From Octopus sinensis (Eukaryota), in assembly GCF_006345805.1 (NCBI RefSeq), contig NW_021830083.1, forward strand, positions 1 to 5,315: DNA of 5,315 bases, written 5' to 3'. The position numbers and the translations under genes are program-made. This document shows positions 1 through 5,315 of this stretch, in pieces (the first letter of the stretch is position 1; each line of letters starts with the position of its first letter). Below the pieces are notes generated by a model, which made no database searches, had not been told where the DNA came from, and saw only the letters and a list, made by a program, of their open reading frames with translations.

Positions 1-37
1 ATATATATATATATATATACATACATATACATATATA
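1..37. repeat. (TA)n/(TACA)n microsatellite abutting the 3' side of SINE A; runs off the window edge
   Basis: Direct read: atatatatat...atacatacatatacatatatac. Confidence 0.9.
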
Positions 38-201
38 CGACAGGCTTCTTTCAGTTTCCATCTACCAAATCCACTCACAAGTCTTTGGTCAGCCCGAGGC
101 TATAGTAGAAGACACTTGCCCAAGGTGCCACACAGTGAGACTGAACCCGGAACCATGTGGTTGGTAAGCAAGCTACTTACCACACAGCTACTCCTACACC
201 T
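35..201 (-). mobile_element. tRNA-derived SINE (family A), CORE-like; head and body
   Basis: Minus strand has a Pol III A-box-like TAGCTGTGTGG (190-180) and a B-box-like GGTTCAGTCTC (147-137), 32 nt apart as in a tRNA. These are followed by CCTTGGGCAAGT (125-114), matching the start of the CORE-SINE domain. Resembles octopus OR/OK-type SINEs from memory; family name unverified. Confidence 0.85.
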
Positions 202-277
202 ATATTATTACTATTATTATCATTACTATCATTATTATTATATTATTATTATTATTATTATTATCATTATTATTATT
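202..277 (+). repeat. (ATT)n trinucleotide array 1, imperfect
   Basis: Direct read; source of the poly-Y/poly-I in ORF 116..328. Confidence 0.95.
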
Positions 278-279
278 TT

Positions 280-385
280 AGTAAACGATAAAATAACAAT
301 GACAATTAAGAATACAATTAAACAATAAAATTGCCCCTTTTCAGGAATTTTATAATTTAATTGTATTGTTATTTTATTGTTTACT
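280..385. repeat. AT-rich inverted repeat (foldback, possible MITE relic)
   Basis: The reverse complement of 346-385 matches 280-332 at 37/40 positions, apart from a 13-nt duplication-like insertion (298-310). The centre holds cct-tttc-agg (336-345). No target-site duplication seen. Confidence 0.7.
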
Positions 386-401
386 CGATTTTTGTGTTAA
401 A

Positions 402-580
402 CCATCAAAGTGACACTGGGGTAAAATATACGAAGCCCAATATACCCATCATGACTACCCGTCTGATAAGGGTATACCAGGCACATGCATCACAACCATA
501 TGTGCGCGACATGGTGATCTCATATCAAGATAAACAGCACAGGGGCCCAGTTAGAATTTTCTTCAGGTTGAGTAGCCCAT
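402..580 (-). mobile_element. Unclassified interspersed repeat (family X), partial copy 1
   Basis: Aligns to 1397-1589 with about 16 substitutions over 179 nt plus a 14-nt deletion. Ends abruptly at an (ATT)n array. Orientation is inferred, not proven. Confidence 0.8.
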
Positions 581-625
581 ATTATTATTATTATTATTAC
601 TAGTATTATCATCAATGTTATTATG
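581..625 (+). repeat. (ATT)n array 2, degenerate
   Basis: Direct read: attattattattattattactagtattatcatcaatgttattatg. Confidence 0.85.
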
Positions 626-840
626 AAGGTTGAAAGCTGGCAGAATCATTAGCACTGTGGGCAAAATTTTTAGCACTATTTTATCTCTCTTCATGTTCTG
701 AGTTCAAATTCCACCAAGGTTGATTTTGCCTTTTGTCCTTTCAGGGTCAATAAAATAAGTACCAGTGAAACACTAGGGTCAGTGTAATTGACTAGTCCCC
801 TCCCTCCAAATTTCAGGCCCTGTGCCTATAGTAGAAAGGA
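626..840 (+). mobile_element. tRNA-derived SINE (family B), copy 1, near full length, with (ATT)n tail at 841-888
   Basis: A-box-like TGGCAGAATCA (638-648) and B-box-like AGTTCAAATTCC (701-712). Homologous to 889-1077 and 3140-3203. Ends ...gtagaaagg followed by ATT repeats. The central motif tcctttcagggtcaataaaataagtaccag recalls conserved metazoan SINE central domains (assignment unverified). Confidence 0.85.
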
Positions 841-888
841 TTATTATTATTATTGTTATTATTATCATTTATTATTATTTTCATTATT
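841..888 (+). repeat. (ATT)n array 3 (tail of SINE B1 and insertion site of SINE B2)
   Basis: Direct read. Confidence 0.9.
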
Positions 889-1076
889 AAGGTGGTGAGC
901 TGGCTGAATCATTAGCAGGCCAGACTAAATGCTCAGCAGTAATTTGTCCTTTATATTCTGATTTCAAATTCCGCCAAGGTCGACTTTGTCTTCCATCCTT
1001 TCAGGGTTGATAAAATAGGTACCATTTCAATACTGGGGCTGATGTAATTGACTTATCCTCTCACTCAAATTGCTGC

Positions 1077-1077
<1 letters not shown>
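889..1077 (+). mobile_element. tRNA-derived SINE family B, copy 2; 3' end interrupted
   Basis: Colinear with 626-810 (aagg..gagctggc.gaatcattagca ... ttcaaattcc.ccaaggt ... tcctttcagggt ... gtaattgact), roughly three-quarters identical by eye. Stops at the (ATC)n tail of the next element. Confidence 0.85.
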
Positions 1078-1112
<35 letters not shown>

Positions 1113-1365
1113 TTAGCGTCCGCTTTCCATGCTAGCATGGGTTGGACGGTTCAACTGGGGTCTGGGAAGCCAGAAGGCTGAACCAGGCCCAGTCTGATCT
1201 GGTAATGTTTCTACGGCTGGATGCCTTCCTAACGCCAACCACTCCGTGAGTGTAGTGGGTGCTTTTTACGTACCACCGGCACAGGTGCCAGACGGGGCTG
1301 GCAAACGGCCACGATCGGATGGTGCTTTTTACGTGCCACCAGCACAGGGGCCAGGCGAGGCTGGC
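1078..1365 (-). mobile_element. 5'-truncated retroposon 3' end with (GAT)n tail; probably an RTE-clade LINE 3' UTR or RTE-mobilised SINE
   Basis: Minus strand ends ...cccatgctagcatggaaagcggacgctaaat(gat)11 (tail 1078-1112). Contains ggttggcgttaggaaggcatccagccgtagaaa, a motif I associate with RTE-related repeats. Short-tandem-repeat tails are typical of RTE. Clade assignment is from recall. Confidence 0.65.
1258..1365 (-). repeat. Two tandem 45-nt GC-rich units with 63-nt period inside the RTE-like element
   Basis: 1365-1321 gccagcctcgcctggcccctgtgctggtggcacgtaaaaagcacc versus 1302-1258 gccagccccgtctggcacctgtgccggtggtacgtaaaaagcacc: 40/45 identical. Confidence 0.9.
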
Positions 1366-1379
1366 TTTGTGGAAAAATT

Positions 1380-1934
1380 TGAGAGAGCAGACCATGCCAT
1401 CAAAGTGTCACTGGGATAAAATATACAAAGCCCAGTATACTCATCATGACTACTCATCAGATAAGGGTATACCAGGCACATGCATCACAACCATATGTGC
1501 ACGACATGGTAATCTCATATCAAAATAAACAGTGCATAACCTTGTAGGTGGGGGCCCAGTTAGAATTTTCTTCAGGTCAAGTAGCCCATCCCACTCAAAA
1601 GGTCCCTGAATAAGGGTTATTTAAGGATGTTGAATGAAACACCAACGTTTCCAAAGGTGAATTAGTCAAACTCCAAAGAATTCCTCTCACCACATGGCTA
1701 TGATGCTCTGCCACAACTTCTGCTCATGACCAGAGATGGATGTATCATCAGCCACTAAGGGACAGGCTCAACTAGTTATGGTCAAACAACACTGACAAGC
1801 AAATCTGTGGTATTGAGCAGAATATTTGCTGTAGCCCATCTTTTATACCAAGACAAAACAATGTACATGATAACACTTGCAATCAGTTAAGATCAGAAGC
1901 CATGAGAGCCACTGCCTGGTACTGCATCAGGGCA
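1380..1934 (-). mobile_element. Unclassified interspersed repeat (family X), copy 2, possibly full length (~555 bp)
   Basis: Shares 1397-1589 with copy 1 at about 90% identity. No credible ORF. The right end abuts an (ATT)n array. Both boundaries are approximate. Confidence 0.7.
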
Positions 1935-1935
1935 T

Positions 1936-1962
1936 TTATTATTATTGTTATTATTATTGTTG

Positions 1963-2004
<42 letters not shown>
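1936..2004 (+). repeat. (ATT)n array 4
   Basis: Direct read. Confidence 0.95.
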
Positions 2005-2007
<3 letters not shown>

Positions 2008-2390
2008 TCCGCCAAGGAAGGGGGTTATGTTTTCATCAGCGCTGGTTTGTCAGTCTGTCCCTCTGTCTGTCTGTCTGTCTGCAAAATAACTCAAAACGTT
2101 GTGAACAGCATTTGATGAAACTTGCAGAAAAAGTTGGTAATAAGACAAGGAACAGACGATGAAATTTTGGTAGTGATCCAGAAATTTTGTGGGTTCTAGA
2201 AAGATCTTTCAATTGTTATATTTACTTTACATGAAGTATTACAATGTTACGATATTTGATTATCTCCCTTGAAAACACGTTCAACGTTTCCACGTAACCT
2301 ATGGTGGCGTTGCTGTTTCCAAAGTTTATTTTCATTTCCTTATTAGTAATTTTATCTATCTTAAAATGAGCTGCTTGGTGGAGGTCTGCA
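2005..2390 (+). mobile_element. Non-autonomous Helentron-associated (HINE/DINE-1-like) element, copy 1; 3' terminus missing
   Basis: Subterminal inverted repeats acctccgccaag (2005-2016) and cttggtggaggt (2374-2385), 11/12 complementary. A (GTCT)n tract at 2049-2081 follows the 5' end, as in DINE-1-like elements. Preceded by TT. Lacks the terminal hairpin and ctagtt seen in copy 2. Confidence 0.7.
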
Positions 2391-2479
2391 GAGGATGACA
2401 TGACAAGCCTTGACTATTGGGATGATTCCTGTTTTTAAAGGAATTTTAAAAATATCATATTGCTGTCATCTTTTTTTTT

Positions 2480-2604
2480 ACCACCACCAAGGTGGTTATG
2501 TTTTTGCTGGCATCGGTTTGGGAAATTGGGCGATTTTCAGCATTCATGTATATGGGTGGAAATGAACTGCTTGGTGGAGGTTTTGCTCCCCAAGCGCTTT
2601 TCTA

Positions 2605-2607
<3 letters not shown>
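2480..2607 (+). mobile_element. HINE/DINE-1-like element, copy 2; internally deleted, both ends present
   Basis: The 5' end accaccaccaagg..ggttatgtttt is homologous to 2005-2045. The 3' end aaatgaactgcttggtggaggt is homologous to 2364-2385. Subterminal inverted repeats 2480-2491 and 2570-2581 match 11/12. Then a weak gct..agc hairpin and ttttctagtt. T-rich flanks on both sides. Confidence 0.7.

Positions 2608-2642
<35 letters not shown>
2606..2642 (+). repeat. (ATT)n array 5; reads (AAT)n as the 3' tail or target of the RLE LINE
   Basis: Direct read; pure repeat. Confidence 0.95.
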
Positions 2643-2644
<2 letters not shown>

Positions 2645-3050
2645 GTTTGACTGTTGCTTTATATTTGTACAAGTTGGCTCCAAGTCTCACCCAGAGACAT
2701 CAAGAGACAACAGGCTGGAAGTTCACGTTGCTGTTATGTATAGTGTGCCATACATTTGGTTGGGTTTTTTTTTTGTACTAGTGGATGTCTAAAAAAAAAA
2801 TTATGTTTGTTTTAAACCTTGAGATTACATAGAAAGTATTTTGCGTAGGATATGAGCAGTTCCCATGAGCACTATCTTTTGAATTTCTGCCATTTTTGGG
2901 TTTCCTGGTATCTGAGTTAGGTAGCAATCAGCCCCTTTTGCTATCATTCACAGGGCACCTATGACAACAGGTATTGTTTTAGTCTTCAGGTTCCACATTT
3001 TACTGATTTCTATTTCAAGATCTTTATATTTGCTCAGTTTTTGGTAGGTC

Positions 3051-3052
<2 letters not shown>
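2643..3052 (-). mobile_element. 5'-truncated non-LTR retrotransposon with restriction-like endonuclease (R4/Dong-like): ORF C-terminus plus ~180-nt 3' UTR
   Basis: Contains the RLE-type ORF remnant described in the next feature. The 3' UTR has a gtctc-N5-gagac stem-loop (2684-2698). Flanked on both sides by (TAA)n, the known target of Dong-type R4-clade elements. Confidence 0.8.
2825..3052 (-). pseudogene. C-terminal fragment of the LINE polyprotein (end of the RLE domain), one premature stop
   Basis: Manual translation: KTYQKLSKYKDLEIEISKMWNLKTKTIPVVIGAL*MIAKGADCYLTQIPGNPKMAEIQKIVLMGTAHILRKILSM*. The K..KY.DL motif, IPVVIGALG and IQK.VL.GTAHILRK.L are typical of RLE non-LTR C-termini. The TGA at 2950-2948 is one substitution from GGA (Gly). 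The ORF track misses the downstream 40 codons and adds a spurious poly-N leader from the microsatellite. Confidence 0.85.
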
Positions 3053-3111
<59 letters not shown>

Positions 3112-3139
3112 CATTATTAATATTGTTATTATTGTTGTT
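3051..3139 (+). repeat. (ATT)n array 6, pure to about 3110, then degenerate (ATT/GTT)
   Basis: Direct read. Confidence 0.95.
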
Positions 3140-3203
3140 GTGTAATTGATTACTGCCACTTCCCTTCAAAATTCAGGCCTTGTGCCCATAGTAGAAAGGA
3201 TTA
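3140..3203 (+). mobile_element. SINE family B, 3'-terminal fragment (copy 3)
   Basis: gtgtaattga...caaaattcaggccttgtgcccatagtagaaaggatta matches the end of copy 1 (782-843). Confidence 0.85.
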
Positions 3204-3375
3204 TGATGATGATGATGATTATGACAATGATGATGATGCTGACAATAACAATGATGTTGATGGTGACGACGATGACGATGATCATAATGGTGATGATGTT
3301 GATGATGATGATGGTGTTGGAGGTGGTAATGGCCACGTTGATGGTTTTAATAATGATGGCAATTTCAATAATGAG
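3202..3375 (+). repeat. Degenerate (GAT)n/(GGT)n trinucleotide tract
   Basis: Direct read; produces the Met-rich ORF 3146..3526. Confidence 0.9.
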
Positions 3376-3386
3376 AATAGAGATGA

Positions 3387-3428
3387 CTCTCTCCCTCTCT
3401 CCCTCTGTGTGTGTGTGTGTGTGTGTGT
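3387..3428. repeat. Compound (CT)n-(GT)11 microsatellite
   Basis: Direct read. Confidence 0.9.
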
Positions 3429-3601
3429 TTACATATATTTACATCTGTGAGTCTCTCTCTCACTGGCCAAGTAAATTAACTTTGACATTATCCATTGAAC
3501 AAGTTTGGTCAGGACCAGCTTATTAGACAATAACTAAATCAAACAGCTTATATATTATATGACAAATTACATACTTAACTACTCACTTTCTCTTTGCATG
3601 C

Positions 3602-3624
3602 GTGTGTGTGTGTGTGTGTGTGTG
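3602..3624. repeat. (GT)11 microsatellite
   Basis: Direct read. Confidence 0.95.
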
Positions 3625-3827
3625 ACTGAGTATCTTTGAGTATATGTAGATTTTGTGAGTTAATATGTTGACACAATATCTTGTTCGGCATTTCATTTCT
3701 TCTCCGGTCGGTCGTATCATTTATAACATATGATATTGATGACAATAATAGCTTTTGATATTGTCTAATCACTGTGTTGAATGATATACGGGGGAAGTAT
3801 ATCTGCATGTGTATATCTGTATCTGCT

Positions 3828-3988
3828 TATATATACAATATATATATATATATATATATTATATAGATATATAAACACACACATAGATATATTTAAATAT
3901 ATATATGATATGTATGTATGTACATATATATATATATATATATATGTATGTACATATATATATATGTATGTATATATATATATAGATT

Positions 3989-4038
<50 letters not shown>

Positions 4039-4106
4039 TATTATATATATATTATATATATATATGTATATATATATATGTAGGTAGTATATATATATAG
4101 ATTATG

Positions 4107-4144
<38 letters not shown>

Positions 4145-4212
4145 TATGGTATGTATACACATATATACCTATTTACTTAGATATATATATATGTATGTAT
4201 ATGTATGCATAT
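3828..4212. repeat. Long compound (TA)n/(TATG)n low-complexity array
   Basis: Direct read; includes a pure (TA)22 at 3993-4036. Confidence 0.95.
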
Positions 4213-4273
4213 GTGGGTGTATAACATATATCCATCAATTCTTTGAATGAAGGTGACTTTCTATTTGTGGATG

Positions 4274-4338
4274 CATCATCATCATCGTTCACCACCACCA
4301 TCACGACCATCATCATCATCATCATCACCCCCACCATT

Positions 4339-4372
<34 letters not shown>

Positions 4373-4413
4373 CCATCATCACCATCATCACCATCATCAC
4401 CACCACCACCACC

Positions 4414-4444
<31 letters not shown>

Positions 4445-4547
4445 ACACCGCAACCGCAACCACCACCACCACCACCATCATCGTCATCATCTTCATCAAC
4501 ATTATTGGCATCCTCTTCTATATCATAATCATGTTCATCATCAATAA
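4274..4547. repeat. Mosaic (CAT)n/(CAC)n trinucleotide array
   Basis: Direct read; generates four overlapping low-complexity ORFs. Confidence 0.95.
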
Positions 4548-4867
4548 TGTCATATATATTCACTGCCATTCCCCCCACCCCCCATCCTCCGCCGCCCATC
4601 AGCTCAAACTCATCGGCCTTATAAAGACACATGCTGGCTGCATACCTACTTACATACATATGTGTGTTTGTGCATGTGCATGCGTGTATTAGGCACAACA
4701 CTGTGCATGTCAATTTGAGATGCATATGCAAATGGATCTATAGATTTCATTGACTTTGTAGCATGTTTGCTTCTGCCTAACTTACTGCTATTCCTAAAAG
4801 GTAAATTCACATCAGACGAACCTGATATTTTCTCTCAAACAATATAGCACACTAAACATATATATGC

Positions 4868-5007
4868 GTCTGTCTATCATTTATCTATTTATCTATTATC
4901 TGTCTGTCCGTCTGTCTGTCTGCCTGCCGGTCTGTCTGTCTCTCTGCCGGTCTGTCTGTCAGTCTGTCAGCCTGACTATCTATCTATCTATCTATCTGTC
5001 TGCCTGA

Positions 5008-5041
<34 letters not shown>

Positions 5042-5086
5042 GTCTATCTATCTATCTATCTATCTGTCTATCTATCTATCTATCTG

Positions 5087-5117
<31 letters not shown>

Positions 5118-5141
5118 GTGTTTAAAATCTATCTATCATCG

Positions 5142-5216
<75 letters not shown>

Positions 5217-5287
5217 GTCTATCTATCTATCTATCTATCTATCTATTATATATCTATCTATCTATCTATCTGTCTATCTATCTATCT
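4868..5287. repeat. Compound (TCTG)n to (TCTA)n tetranucleotide array
   Basis: Direct read. Confidence 0.95.
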
Positions 5288-5315
5288 CTTTTACTCTTTT
5301 ACTTTTTTACTTGTT
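5286..5315 (-). mobile_element. Probable SINE 3' tail (aacaagtaaaaaagtaaaagagtaaaagag); element continues beyond the window
   Basis: The 8-nt repeated unit AAAAGAGT is visible. I recall it as the terminus of an octopus SINE; only 30 nt are available here. Confidence 0.45.

Noticed and set aside
137-201. Possible tRNA genes at the SINE heads (also 626-712 and 889-972)
   Set aside because: A and B boxes are present, but there is no acceptor stem or cloverleaf, and each continues into SINE body sequence.
116-328. 70-aa ORF with poly-Y/poly-I
   Set aside because: It is the antisense of SINE A read into an ATT array; no protein signal.
361-603. ORF 361..603, and similarly 1259..1528 and 1132..1395
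   Set aside because: These cross boundaries between unrelated repeats. The two family X copies do not preserve a common frame (14-nt deletion, stops), and no domain is recognisable.
1258-1365. CRISPR-like or HDV-ribozyme reading of the tandem units
   Set aside because: Only two units inside a eukaryotic retroposon, with no cas genes. The HDV P1/P1.1/J4-2 arrangement could not be built.
1444-1760. CTGATGA hammerhead-core matches on the minus strand (near 1460 and 1750; also near 2039)
   Set aside because: No stem II followed by GAAA and no closing stems; copy 1 has a different sequence at the first site.
1877-2792. ORFs 1877..2089, 1902..2162 and 2460..2792
   Set aside because: Held open by ATT microsatellites and spanning non-coding HINE sequence or the antisense LINE UTR.
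3146-3526. Met-rich 126-aa ORF
   Set aside because: Translation of the (GAT)n tract and dinucleotide repeats.
3783-3803. 7-bp hairpin gatatac/gtatatc; also tggtc-ag-gacca at 3506-3517 and the T10/A10 pair at 2765-2800
   Set aside because: Short stems expected by chance in AT-rich, low-complexity DNA.
3575-4083. ORFs 3575..3808 and 3781..4083
   Set aside because: Short or (TA)n-derived (YIYI) with no recognisable motif or exon support.
4173-4731. Overlapping poly-D/G, poly-S/P, poly-I/T and poly-M/V ORFs, plus an ATG-less His-rich frame (4257-4547)
   Set aside because: CAT/CAC repeats lack stops in most frames, so openness is uninformative. There is no start or splice context for the His frame.
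4762-4800. Possible 39-nt micro-exon (tttgtag | ... aag | gtaaat), one frame open (CLLLPNLLLFLK)
   Set aside because: The polypyrimidine tract is weak, such AG/GT pairs arise often by chance, and there is no other exon evidence. It would need spliced RNA-seq reads.

Overview
Non-genic eukaryotic DNA made almost entirely of transposable-element debris and microsatellites; no intact host gene, RNA gene or CRISPR array is supported. From memory, the repeat families look like those of octopus (coleoid cephalopod) genomes; this is unverified. Bases 1-3200 are a stack of mobile elements separated by six (ATT)n arrays that all read ATT on the + strand. The stack holds a tRNA/CORE-type SINE, three copies of a second tRNA-derived SINE, two copies of an unclassified ~555-bp non-coding repeat, a probable RTE-like retroposon 3' end with a tandem pseudoknot-like motif, two Helentron/DINE-1-like non-autonomous elements, and a 5'-truncated restriction-like-endonuclease (R4/Dong-type) LINE. 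That LINE fragment is the only real protein-coding remnant (2825-3052, minus strand, one premature stop). Bases 3200-5315 are mostly simple-sequence arrays (GAT, GT, TA, CAT/CAC, TCTG/TCTA) with short unique spacers. The other supplied ORFs are microsatellite or repeat artefacts.
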